Source: Bacilli bacterium
GTDB lineage: Bacteria; Bacillota_I; Bacilli_A; RF39; UBA660
Direction: 5' to 3'
DNA: 64,000 bases
Assembly (NCBI GenBank): GCA_051872655.1
Contig: JBJEEB010000033.1
Coordinates: 18,177-82,176 of the forward strand
Position 1 is the first letter of the stretch; every line of letters starts with the position of its first letter. The notes under the pieces were generated by a model. That model ran no database searches. It saw only the letters and a program-made list of their open reading frames with translations, and was not told the DNA's origin. Shown piece after piece: positions 40,504 to 49,329 of this stretch. Made by a program: the position numbers and the translations under genes.

Positions 40504-41319
40504 TTATTCTTTATTAAATCTTTCTTTATATGAACAATGCTTACATATATCTAAATAACATTTTCTATTATTAAAATTAGTTATCGTATTATTTAATTTA
40601 TTACTATTTAGAATATCTTCAAAAGTATCAGTATAAATATTACCTAAATTAGATATTCCTTCGCTATCTAAACAACAGATACTTACTGTACCATCAGAAA
40701 GTACTGCTAGCTGAGACTTACCTCCTAGACAATATCCTACTTCATTATAATAATTATTATTTAAACTAGGCCAAGTAAACTCATTATCTAAACTTAGATA
40801 TACTTTATCTTTTAGTTTTACTCCATCGTATACTTCATTAATATTATAAATTTTTTTTAATACTTCTATATATTCTTTTGTTTTATTACTCATTTTATTA
40901 TTATCTAAAGTCCAAAATCTATAACTGATGTATGAAGATAATTTATCAGCAGAATATATTATATCTTCAAGATAATTAGGTTTATTATTCTCGCTATGAA
41001 GTGATATATTTATTTGATAGATATTATCATATTTTTTTAATATATTTAATTTATCTTTTAAGAATACTCCATTTGTAGTTATACATACTTTTTTATTATA
41101 CTCCTTTGATATATTTAGTATTTCATCTAAATAATGATGAGTAAGTGGTTCTCCCTTTACATGGAGATAGATATAATCTGTATATTTATCTATTTTACTT
41201 AGTATTATTTTAAATTCTTCAGGAGTTATTTCTTTCTTCTTTTTATTTGAAGTACTACAGAAAGAGCAGTTTAAATTACAGATATTAGTTATTTCTATAT
41301 ATATTCTTTTAAATCTCAT
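40504..41319 (-). CDS. radical SAM / SPASM-like domain protein
   Basis: CNLNCSFC CX3CX2C motif near the N-terminus. C-terminal Cys cluster (SICCLDSEG...CKHCSYK). Confidence 0.7.
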   Translation of the reverse strand: MRFKRIYIEITNICNLNCSFCSTSNKKKKEITPEEFKIILSKIDKYTDYIYLHVKGEPLTHHYLDEILNISKEYNKKVCITTNGVFLKDKLNILKKYDNIYQINISLHSENNKPNYLEDIIYSADKLSSYISYRFWTLDNNKMSNKTKEYIEVLKKIYNINEVYDGVKLKDKVYLSLDNEFTWPSLNNNYYNEVGYCLGGKSQLAVLSDGTVSICCLDSEGISNLGNIYTDTFEDILNSNKLNNTITNFNNRKCYLDICKHCSYKERFNKE

Positions 41320-41954
41320 TATTGCTCCTTGGTATTTTTCTTATAGTACTTACATATATTTTTTAGCTTACATGTACTACATTCTGGCCCTCTACTTTTA
41401 CACTTATACCTACCAAAATGAACTAATTGATGATGAGTTTTACTCCATCTACTCTTTGGTATTTTCTTCATAAGTTTTTGTTCTACTTCGAGAACTGTAT
41501 CATTTTCCTTAGCTAGTCCAAGACGCTTACTTACTCTATTTACATGAGTATCTACGGCGATAGATGGTTCATTAAATATAACTGATAAGAAAACATTTAT
41601 AGTTTTTCTACCTACTCCTGGAAGGGTACTTAAATAATCTCTATCATTTGGTATTACTTTTATATTATCACTAATTAATTTAGTAGCTATTTCTTTAATA
41701 AAAATAGCTTTCTTTTTATATGTTCCTATTGGTTTAATAATTTTTTCAATATCATTAATGTTTGCTTTAGATAAATCTTCTATAGTAGGATATTCTTTAA
41801 ATAATATTTTATTTACAGAGTTTACTCTCTTATCAGTAGTTTGTGCACTCATTACAATAGCTATTAATAATTCATAATCTTTAGTGTACTCGAGTTCACA
41901 TTTGGGATTTGGATATAATTCATCTAAGTATTCTATAATAGTATTAATCATCAT
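41319..41954 (-). CDS. nth: endonuclease III
   Basis: HhH-GPD (LPGVGRKTINV...VDTHV) and a C-terminal 4Fe-4S cluster (CKSRGPECSTCKLKNIC). Confidence 0.9.
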   Translation of the reverse strand: MMINTIIEYLDELYPNPKCELEYTKDYELLIAIVMSAQTTDKRVNSVNKILFKEYPTIEDLSKANINDIEKIIKPIGTYKKKAIFIKEIATKLISDNIKVIPNDRDYLSTLPGVGRKTINVFLSVIFNEPSIAVDTHVNRVSKRLGLAKENDTVLEVEQKLMKKIPKSRWSKTHHQLVHFGRYKCKSRGPECSTCKLKNICKYYKKNTKEQ

Positions 41955-42588
41955 TTAACCAATCATAGTAAAAGACATCTTTTACTTCTTTCTTACTTTC
42001 TCTATATTTATTTTTTGCTTCTTGAATATCTTTTTTATTCTTATATCCTTTTTTTCTCCAGTCATATAGTATCTTTTCAATATACCTAAGACTTGTTACT
42101 CCATTATAGATAGCTTCTTTTAAACCTTCCATTATTAATTCGTGAGAAAAGCCATCATCTATCCATCCTTTTATTATTTGACATTCCATTGAAGATATTG
42201 GTCTACCAAATTCACTTTCAAAGATAGAAAAAATATCGCTATTGTCAAGTGTTTTTTCTTCTTTATTGTCTATTATTAAATTAATTATCTTCTTATATAA
42301 TAAATCTAATGATATATATTCTTCACTTTTATTTTTTTCTTTTTCAACGGTAATAGATATAATCTTTTTTTCATTTAGACTATTTAGTAATTCCATTACT
42401 TTGAACTTGTCCATACCTAATTCTTCACTTAGTTCTAGTGGATTATATATTACTTTATCACCTTTATCCATAACAAATATTAATATTATTAATTCTTCTG
42501 GTGTAATGCCTAATCTTAAATAGTAATTAAATAAATATCTAGGTAATACTATTGGCTTTTCTTTTAGTATTTTTTCTATTTCATTCAT
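41944..42588 (-). CDS. dnaD: DnaD-domain replication initiation / membrane attachment protein
   Basis: DnaD-type winged helix and C-terminal FESEFGRPISSMECQIIKGW...LRYIEKIL block. dnaD-nth adjacency as in Bacillus. Start at the ATG after GGAGG. Confidence 0.7.
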   Translation of the reverse strand: MNEIEKILKEKPIVLPRYLFNYYLRLGITPEELIILIFVMDKGDKVIYNPLELSEELGMDKFKVMELLNSLNEKKIISITVEKEKNKSEEYISLDLLYKKIINLIIDNKEEKTLDNSDIFSIFESEFGRPISSMECQIIKGWIDDGFSHELIMEGLKEAIYNGVTSLRYIEKILYDWRKKGYKNKKDIQEAKNKYRESKKEVKDVFYYDWLNDD

Positions 42589-42982
42589 TTGAACCTCCAA
42601 GAGTAGTAGTATATACTTCTTCATTTGTTTTTACATCAAAATATTTATATACTAATTTATTGTTTTCTTTTTTTCTTTCTTTATAATATAAATTATTTCT
42701 TATATATGTTAAATCTAAATTACTATCTATTAATTCGTTAGTATTAATACTATATATTTCTTCATAATTTAAATCTAACACTATCACTTTATCTTTATTT
42801 TTAATTATATAATAATTATTATCTTTATTTAGATATTCAATATTTTTAATACTTGTATTTTCATATATATTATCAAGTAATTTATTTTGATATTTATTAT
42901 TCTCTATTACAGGATATATGATTATTCCTATTGGAAGAATGATTATAATTATTAAAATTATTATTAATATTTTCTTATTCAT
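42581..42982 (-). CDS. hypothetical membrane-anchored protein
   Basis: N-terminal TM (ILIIILIIIIILPIGIIIYPVI). Stop overlaps the dnaD start region. Confidence 0.45.
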   Translation of the reverse strand: MNKKILIIILIIIIILPIGIIIYPVIENNKYQNKLLDNIYENTSIKNIEYLNKDNNYYIIKNKDKVIVLDLNYEEIYSINTNELIDSNLDLTYIRNNLYYKERKKENNKLVYKYFDVKTNEEVYTTTLGGSNE

Positions 42983-43017
42983 ATTATCCTTCCTCCATAT
43001 TGATTATACTATTTTTT

Positions 43018-43644
43018 TTATTCTTTGTGAATAGTTTTACTTCTTATTTTATATGAAGAAACATTAAAATTATCTTCATATAAAGTAAGTGTTGTATAAC
43101 TAGTACTATCTATGGTATAAGAATCTATCCATACTCTAGATAGTTCATACATAAACTTATAATTAAACTTAGTATAAGAGTCATAAAAGACTACTAGTAT
43201 ATTATTATTTAATGTTATATAAAAATCTTTATCAATATTATATAAGTATATAAAATCACAATCTATGAAATTATCTCTATTTAATTCTTTTAGATATATG
43301 CAAAATTTTTTATTATTTATTATTATTTCTATCTTATCATTTATTTTAAATTCTATATCTTGTAATACTATATCATTTTTTAAAATATATTCTTCTTTAT
43401 ATTTTATATTATATTTAGTATTATTTATCTTTATTAGGTAGTCTACATCTTCACTAAATGAACTATTAGATAGTGGTAATAAATAATATATATTATCTTT
43501 ATTTATAAAAAAAGTGGTACTATTATTTTCTTTTATAAATCTAATAGAATTGTCTTCAAGTATATTATAGTCTTCTTTATAGTCTTCTTTATAAGTACAA
43601 CCTGTAATTAAAAATAATGTTATTATTAAATATATATATTTCAT
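43018..43644 (-). CDS. hypothetical lipoprotein
   Basis: Lipobox LFLITGC at the N-terminus. No family recognised. Confidence 0.5.
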   Translation of the reverse strand: MKYIYLIITLFLITGCTYKEDYKEDYNILEDNSIRFIKENNSTTFFINKDNIYYLLPLSNSSFSEDVDYLIKINNTKYNIKYKEEYILKNDIVLQDIEFKINDKIEIIINNKKFCIYLKELNRDNFIDCDFIYLYNIDKDFYITLNNNILVVFYDSYTKFNYKFMYELSRVWIDSYTIDSTSYTTLTLYEDNFNVSSYKIRSKTIHKE

Positions 43645-43671
43645 AGTAATTAGTATGTATTATTTTTTTCT

Positions 43672-44097
43672 TTAGTACTTAGTTTTAAGTAAATATGTGT
43701 TATTTAAACTAATATTAATATATTTTCTCATAGCAATGAAAGTATCTACTATTCTAAGACTCATTTTAACTGCTAGCTCACTTTTCAATATACCAGCAAG
43801 CATTGTAATTCCTTGTTCAGTGAATACTCTAGGTTTATTATATTTACTTCCTCTTTTTTCAATATTTTGGTCAAAATTTTTGACCAAAAAAAATCTACTT
43901 TCTTCCTCTGTTAATTTCCATGAATATCTTTCGGGAAATTTTTCTATGTTGTTTTTTACTGCTTGATTGATTTCTTTTGTTCCATTTTTACAGTTATATA
44001 GTTTTGCTAAGTCAGAGTCTAACATTACCTGTTTACCATTTATTTCATATATCATATTCTCTATTTTAATATCATCTTTTGTAATTATTTCATTCAT
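43672..44097 (-). CDS. ORF6N (KilA-N-related) domain protein
   Basis: IYEINGKQVMLDSDLAKLYNCKNGTKEINQAVKNNIEKFPERYSWKLT is a typical ORF6N core. Start at the ATG after GGGAGG. Confidence 0.7.
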   Translation of the reverse strand: MNEIITKDDIKIENMIYEINGKQVMLDSDLAKLYNCKNGTKEINQAVKNNIEKFPERYSWKLTEEESRFFLVKNFDQNIEKRGSKYNKPRVFTEQGITMLAGILKSELAVKMSLRIVDTFIAMRKYINISLNNTYLLKTKY

Positions 44098-44172
44098 ACT
44101 AATTTGCCTCCCTTTTATCATGTTAATTTTTATATTATTATAAATATATGTTTATGTCAATACATAATTTTT

Positions 44173-44231
44173 AAAAGAGAGACTTACACTTAAGGCTCTC
44201 TTTTACTCCTTAAGACTAAAGTCTTAAGGAG
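44173..44231. repeat. twin-hairpin intergenic module, copy B
   Basis: AAAAGAGAG-ACTTACACTTAAGG-CTCTCTTTT followed by CTCCTTAAGAC-TAAA-GTCTTAAGGAG. Lies 20 nt downstream of the cca stop. Confidence 0.7.
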
Positions 44232-44250
44232 ATAAAAAATACCTATATTT

Positions 44251-45342
44251 CTATAAGTATTTATCTTTTATATATTTTGTTATTTCTTCTTTATCATTAT
44301 TAATATTATTATTTAAGATATTTAATTCTATATCATCAAGTATATCTTTAATATATTTACCAGGAGTTTTATTTAATATCATACTTATTTCTTCACCAGT
44401 TATATTTATATCTTTTCTTGTTAGTATTGGTAAATTAGAATACATAGTACTTAATTTCTTTCTAGATATTCCTTTTATCTCAGCATATACTGTACATAAA
44501 TATAAACCATATTTATATAATAAATAATTATCTATCTTATCATATTTTAATAGTTCTCTTAACTTAGTCATTTGTTCTTTCTCTACTTTAGTAAATGGAT
44601 ATATATTATCTACTTCTAGTTGACACCAAATACCTGTAAGATCAGTACACATAGTAATTGTAGCTAATTTATCTAAATCTAAAGCATTTGTAAGATTTAA
44701 TTCTAATAATAATTTTCTTCCTCTTTCTTTATTTTTAGATAAAAATATTTTATCTAATTCTTCTTTTTTTCTATTTATTGAAAGATTTTTTAATAGGTAA
44801 CTATACTTAGTTAAGAAATGTTTAGTTTTATTTTCTATATTGAAATCTAATATTGTAGCAAATCTAATACATCTAAGTATTCTAAGTGAATCTTCTTTTA
44901 TTCTGTATCTTGGATTACCTACTGTCTTAAGTAATTTGTTATCTATATCACTTCTTATATTTAATATATCTAAAATGTTACCATCTTTATCTATACATAA
45001 TGTATTTATGGTAAAATCTCTTCGTAATAAATCTTTTTTTATATCTTTAATATATTTTATTTTTACTGGTTTACGATTATCTTCGTACTTTATTTCTTTT
45101 CTAAATGTCGTAGTATCGAATTTATATCCTTTATAGGCTATTACTACTGAACCATATTGCATATCTGATACAATAACGTTATCAAATATTTCTAATATTT
45201 CTTTTGGAGTAGCACTGGTACATATATCAATATCGTTAGTTTTTCTTTTGAGGATAATATCTCTTACATATCCTCCAACTACATAGGATTCATAACCATG
45301 TTCATATAATATTTTTAATACTTCAAGTGCTTTTTCTTTCAT
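44251..45342 (-). CDS. cca: CCA tRNA nucleotidyltransferase
   Basis: Pol-beta NT motif VVGGYVRDIILKRKTNDIDICT and RRDFTINT. Confidence 0.85.
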   Translation of the reverse strand: MKEKALEVLKILYEHGYESYVVGGYVRDIILKRKTNDIDICTSATPKEILEIFDNVIVSDMQYGSVVIAYKGYKFDTTTFRKEIKYEDNRKPVKIKYIKDIKKDLLRRDFTINTLCIDKDGNILDILNIRSDIDNKLLKTVGNPRYRIKEDSLRILRCIRFATILDFNIENKTKHFLTKYSYLLKNLSINRKKEELDKIFLSKNKERGRKLLLELNLTNALDLDKLATITMCTDLTGIWCQLEVDNIYPFTKVEKEQMTKLRELLKYDKIDNYLLYKYGLYLCTVYAEIKGISRKKLSTMYSNLPILTRKDINITGEEISMILNKTPGKYIKDILDDIELNILNNNINNDKEEITKYIKDKYL

Positions 45343-45415
45343 AATACCTCCACTTATATTATATCAAATAGATAAGAAAAATGCAAAGTAACTATTATAC
45401 TTTACACTTTTTATA

Positions 45416-47170
45416 TTACTTATATTCTTTTATTTGCTTCTCTAACATACTTATAAAGTCATCAATACTTATGGTAGTAGTAGTTTCTTCTCCATATTTA
45501 CGATAAGTAACTGTATTATTATCTCTTTCGTTGTTACCTAATACCAAAGTATAAGGTATTTTTTTCATTTGTGATTCTCTTATCTTATAACCCATTTTCT
45601 CATCACGAGAATCTAATTCTACTCTTAGTTCTTTTTCCTTTAATTTATTTAGTAAGTTAGTAGCATATTCTAAATGATATTCATTATTAACTGGAATAAT
45701 ATTAATTTGTACTGGACTAAGCCATAAAGGTAATGCACCTTTTGTTTCTTCAAGATAGAAGGCAATAAATCTATCAATAGAACCAAATACTGCTCTATGA
45801 AGAACAACAGGAGTCTTCTTACTTCCATCTTTATCAATATATGATAAATTAAATTTCATAGGTAAGCAAAAATCTATTTGACAAGTAGATATTGTTATCT
45901 CTGGACCTACTGCTGGTTTTACTTGAACATCTAGTTTAGGTCCGTAGAAGGCAGCTTCTCCAATTTTTTCTACATAGGGTACACCAATATCATCCATAAC
46001 TTTTCTAAGTCTATCTTCAGCATTATTCCACATTTCATCATCTTGATGATATTTTACTTTATCTTCTGGATCACGAAGTGATAATTCAAATCTGTAATTT
46101 TTAATTCCTAATTCTTTATAACATTCTAGTATTAAATCTACTACTCCTTTAAATTCTTCTTCAATTTGATCTGGTGTACAGAAAATATGAGAATCATTTT
46201 GACAGAAAGATCGTAATCTTTCTATACCTTTTAAAGCTCCTGATGCTTCATATCTACAATCTCTTGCTATTTCTGCAATTCTTAAAGGTAAATCTTTATA
46301 TGAATGTAAATCATGATCAAAAATCATCATATGATGAGGACAATTCATTGGTCTTAAAACATATTCTTCATCTTCTACTTCCATTATAGGAAACATAGCA
46401 TCTTTATAATGTTCTAAATGACCACTAGTCTTATATAATTCTACATTTCCAAGAGGAGGTGTTAATACATGTTTATATCCTCTTTTAATTTCTTTATTTC
46501 TAATATAATTTTCTAGCCCATTCCATAATATAAAACCATTTGGTAAATACATTGGAAGTCCTTTACCAACTAAATCATCAATAAAATATATACCTAAATC
46601 TTTACCTATTTTTCTATGATCTCTATTCTTTCTTTCTTCTAATTCTTTCAAATAATTATTTAAATCTTCTTCATTTCTAAAACATACCCCATATATTCTC
46701 TGAAGCATTTTATTTTTAGCGTCACCTTTCCAATAAGCTCCTGAAAATTTAATTAATTTAAAATATTTTAATTCTTTTACTGTATCAACATGTGGTCCTC
46801 TACAAAGATCAGTAAAATCTCCTTGAGTATAGCAAGAAATGACTTGCTCATTTTCATCCATACGTGATATTAAATCAATCTTATATGGATCGTCTTTAAA
46901 CATTTCTAATGCTTCTTCCTTAGATAGTTCATGTCTTACTATTCTCTTACCATCTTTAGAAATTTTCTTCATTTCTTTTTCTATTTTAGGTAAGTCTTCT
47001 TCAGTTATGACATTATCACCTAAATCAATATCGTAATAAAATCCCTCTTCTATTACTGGTCCTACCCAAAACTTAGCATATGGATATAGGTGTTTTACTG
47101 CTTGAGCAAGTAAATGAGCACAAGAGTGATTTAATCTATTTAAATCTTCATTTTCTTTAATATTTATCAT
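45416..47170 (-). CDS. thrS: threonine-tRNA ligase (no N-terminal TGS domain)
   Basis: Begins at the editing/SAD region (HSCAHLLAQAVKHLYP). Class II core (RPMNCPHH, FCQNDSHIF) and an anticodon-binding domain follow. Confidence 0.92.
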   Translation of the reverse strand: MINIKENEDLNRLNHSCAHLLAQAVKHLYPYAKFWVGPVIEEGFYYDIDLGDNVITEEDLPKIEKEMKKISKDGKRIVRHELSKEEALEMFKDDPYKIDLISRMDENEQVISCYTQGDFTDLCRGPHVDTVKELKYFKLIKFSGAYWKGDAKNKMLQRIYGVCFRNEEDLNNYLKELEERKNRDHRKIGKDLGIYFIDDLVGKGLPMYLPNGFILWNGLENYIRNKEIKRGYKHVLTPPLGNVELYKTSGHLEHYKDAMFPIMEVEDEEYVLRPMNCPHHMMIFDHDLHSYKDLPLRIAEIARDCRYEASGALKGIERLRSFCQNDSHIFCTPDQIEEEFKGVVDLILECYKELGIKNYRFELSLRDPEDKVKYHQDDEMWNNAEDRLRKVMDDIGVPYVEKIGEAAFYGPKLDVQVKPAVGPEITISTCQIDFCLPMKFNLSYIDKDGSKKTPVVLHRAVFGSIDRFIAFYLEETKGALPLWLSPVQINIIPVNNEYHLEYATNLLNKLKEKELRVELDSRDEKMGYKIRESQMKKIPYTLVLGNNERDNNTVTYRKYGEETTTTISIDDFISMLEKQIKEYK

Positions 47171-47202
47171 ATTATCTATCTCCTTTTTTTATTTGATTTA
47201 TT

Positions 47203-47454
47203 TTAATTTCTTTTTCTCATTTTCTTTTTATAATTTCTCTTTCCAGTTTCTTTTCTTTCATTATTCATCTGATGCACAAATGTTGATGTACATGTTCTAT
47301 CATAAATAACTGCATCTAAACAGCTTACTGATGAACCTTCTAATTCTTTTCTTAATGTTATTAAATCTTCTAGTCCTAAGTTTGTTACATCTAAGTACCA
47401 TTTTTCTTTTATTCCTTCATTTCTTGCATCTACTGGAATATAATTATTTTTCAT
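47203..47454 (-). CDS. hypothetical 83-aa protein between the T-box terminator and thrS
   Basis: ATG at 47452-47454 is preceded by AAAGGAGG with an 8-nt spacer. Product: MKNNYIPVDARNEGIKEKWYLDVTNLGLEDLITLRKEL..., with a basic tail. Confidence 0.5.
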   Translation of the reverse strand: MKNNYIPVDARNEGIKEKWYLDVTNLGLEDLITLRKELEGSSVSCLDAVIYDRTCTSTFVHQMNNERKETGKRNYKKKMRKRN

Positions 47455-47469
47455 TTTTAAAACCTCCTT

Positions 47470-47672
47470 TAATAAAAAAAGACCTTTTGAAGGAGAGAAT
47501 ATATCTCGGTACCATCCTTCTTTGGTCTTAATTTTGATAACGGTATTAACCGGAAATGTTTGCATTTCACTCAAAGGTAGTAATTATATATTTTTATTAT
47601 TAGTTTACACCAAACACTAACTCTCTATAAATAAAATATATATAATCGTGTCCTTCTCTTTGCTTTCAAATA
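47470..47672 (-). promoter_or_regulatory. T-box riboswitch leader, threonine specifier (ACU)
   Basis: Stem I AGAGAG and GGUGUAA elements; AUUACUACC specifier region (ACU at 47579-47581). T-box core GGAUGGUACCGAG at 47505-47517; terminator at 47473-47529 ends in U7. Confidence 0.75.
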
Positions 47673-47679
47673 TGTATTA

Positions 47680-47708
47680 ATTATATGACTAAATATTTGT
47701 TTTGTCAA
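47680..47708 (-). promoter_or_regulatory. sigma-A type promoter of the T-box/thrS unit
   Basis: Minus-strand TTGACA-17 nt-TATAAT. Confidence 0.55.
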
Positions 47709-47728
47709 TTATTTTTGTTTATTTTATC

Positions 47729-47782
47729 CACTTAAGTCTAAGATCTTAAGTGATGTAAGGAAGCCCTATGGTCTTCCTTACA
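47729..47782. repeat. twin-hairpin intergenic module, copy C
   Basis: CACTTAAG-TCTAAGAT-CTTAAGTG followed by TGTAAGGAAG-CCCTATGGT-CTTCCTTACA. Lies about 40 nt downstream of the stop at 47821. Confidence 0.7.
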
Positions 47783-47820
47783 AATATTTTTTTAATGTGT
47801 ACGTCTTTAATTTTCTGGTA

Positions 47821-49134
47821 TTACTTACTGTTTAAGACAAATGCTAGTTCTAAAGCTAATAGCATAACTTCTTTCTTTTTATCAATTTTTGTTAATCCAT
47901 TTAAACTTCTTTCATCCCATTCAACACCATCTAAGTTATCACCAGCATAATAAAAAGTAAAATAGTCCATATTTAATCTTTGACAAACGGCCGCTATTGC
48001 AGTTCCTTCCATTTCTACACAAATAGCACCTCTTTGTTTAAAGTAGTCTATTTTTTTTGGAGTTTCTCTATAAAAAGCATCTGTAGTCCAGGTGTATCCT
48101 TTAGTATATGCAAAATTATATTTATTTAGTATCTTAATGAAATCATCTATATATTTAGGATTTATATCAACCATTTCACTAGAAGGAAGATAATGATAAC
48201 TAGTTCCTTCATCTCTGAATCCTCTAGTAGGAATAATAATACTACAATCATCTATTTTAGAATCAAGAACTCCGCAGTTACCTATTATAATAACTTTTTT
48301 AACACCCTGGGCATGTAACTCTTCAATATCTGCACTGATCCAAGGACCACTTATACCGGCCATAAAAAATGTTAATTCTATATTTTTATACTTCAATATA
48401 TAGATATTTCTTTCCATATTGGCACAAGAAATATAACCAACTTCTTTACAACTATACTTTTCTACAACATCAAAAAATGAATGTCTAGAGAATACTCCAA
48501 CAGCAACTTTTGGTAAAATAATGTTTTCATCTTGACCTTCTCTAAATTTTATACCTGTTGGTTTTATAAATCCCTCTTCATCATAATATTTAATCATATC
48601 AATCACATCCTTCAAAATATTAATCTTATCTATTACTTCATTCCATGAACCTACTCTATCAACAATATCAGCATATTTATTCTCATCATCAAATAGTATT
48701 ACTTTAATACAACTATTTTTTAATTTATTGTAATTATAGATACTATCGTCAATCATTATATCAATATTATGTTTCCTGCAATCACATACTTTATCTTTAC
48801 TATTAATAATTATTTTATCCACTTTAATATTATATTTATCTAAATAATCATAAATAGTTTTATAAATATCAGATAAATAATTTTCACTTCTAGCAGTAAT
48901 AATGTATATTTCGTGTTTCTCTTCTTTTAATTTATTAATTATTTCTTTAGCATTATCTTTAATTTTTGCATTGTTATATATTTTTTCTAAATTCTTTTCC
49001 AGAAATACGTCTTTATAATATTTCCATAATTCATCTTCATATATATTGTTCTCTAGTAAAAATTTATTTTGATACTTAATTAATTCTTCAGTAGTAGAAC
49101 ATATAGTATCATCCATATCAATACCTATTCTCAT
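47821..49134 (-). CDS. fusion protein: HAD-type 5'(3')-deoxyribonucleotidase-like domain + PNP/UDP-family nucleoside phosphorylase domain
   Basis: N-terminus MRIGIDMDDTICST...IYIITAR...MIDD. C-terminus GNCGVLD...RDEGTSYHY...CVEMEGTAIAAV. Start at the ATG after GGAGG. Confidence 0.7.
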   Translation of the reverse strand: MRIGIDMDDTICSTTEELIKYQNKFLLENNIYEDELWKYYKDVFLEKNLEKIYNNAKIKDNAKEIINKLKEEKHEIYIITARSENYLSDIYKTIYDYLDKYNIKVDKIIINSKDKVCDCRKHNIDIMIDDSIYNYNKLKNSCIKVILFDDENKYADIVDRVGSWNEVIDKINILKDVIDMIKYYDEEGFIKPTGIKFREGQDENIILPKVAVGVFSRHSFFDVVEKYSCKEVGYISCANMERNIYILKYKNIELTFFMAGISGPWISADIEELHAQGVKKVIIIGNCGVLDSKIDDCSIIIPTRGFRDEGTSYHYLPSSEMVDINPKYIDDFIKILNKYNFAYTKGYTWTTDAFYRETPKKIDYFKQRGAICVEMEGTAIAAVCQRLNMDYFTFYYAGDNLDGVEWDERSLNGLTKIDKKKEVMLLALELAFVLNSK

Positions 49135-49185
49135 TTTAGACCTCCACATAATATTTTAAATTATTTATTTTACACTTAATACAAT

Positions 49186-49235
49186 AAAAAGCACAAGAGA
49201 TAACTATTCCATAAATGAATAGTGACTCCGTGCTT
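49186..49235 (-). terminator. intrinsic terminator inside the leader of the nucleotidase-phosphorylase gene
   Basis: Minus-strand AAGCACGGAGUCACUAUUC-AUUUAUG-GAAUAGUUAUCUCUUGUGCUU followed by UUUAUU. Confidence 0.55.
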
Positions 49236-49295
49236 ATTACTATAAACTCGTGTAGGTAATTTCACCCGAGATAGCTTTATATATCTCCTCACTTG
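49236..49295 (-). promoter_or_regulatory. structured 5' leader segment (candidate attenuator or riboswitch aptamer, class unknown)
   Basis: GGAGAUA...UAUCUC, UAUAAA...UUUAUA and CUCG-GGUGAAAUUACC-...-CGAG pairings are mutually exclusive. GGAGAUA can also pair with the terminator 3' arm. Confidence 0.3.
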
Positions 49296-49300
49296 CCTTA

Positions 49301-49329
49301 ATTTTATAATTTATTTTATATTTTGTCAA
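49301..49329 (-). promoter_or_regulatory. sigma-A type promoter
   Basis: Minus-strand TTGACA-17 nt-TAAAAT. Confidence 0.5.

Noticed and set aside
47455-47574. N-terminal 40 codons of the 123-aa track ORF upstream of thrS
   Set aside because: This part coincides with the T-box antiterminator/terminator and begins at a TTG inside Stem I. Only the downstream ATG (47454) has an RBS, so I call an 83-aa ORF instead.
49236-49295. Purine, 2'-dG or preQ1 riboswitch upstream of the nucleoside phosphorylase fusion
   Set aside because: The UAUAAA...UUUAUA P1-like helix is suggestive. The junction cores as I recall them (the U-rich three-way junction of purine riboswitches, the preQ1 A-rich tail) are absent, and the element is too short for a purine aptamer. 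It is kept only as an unclassified leader.
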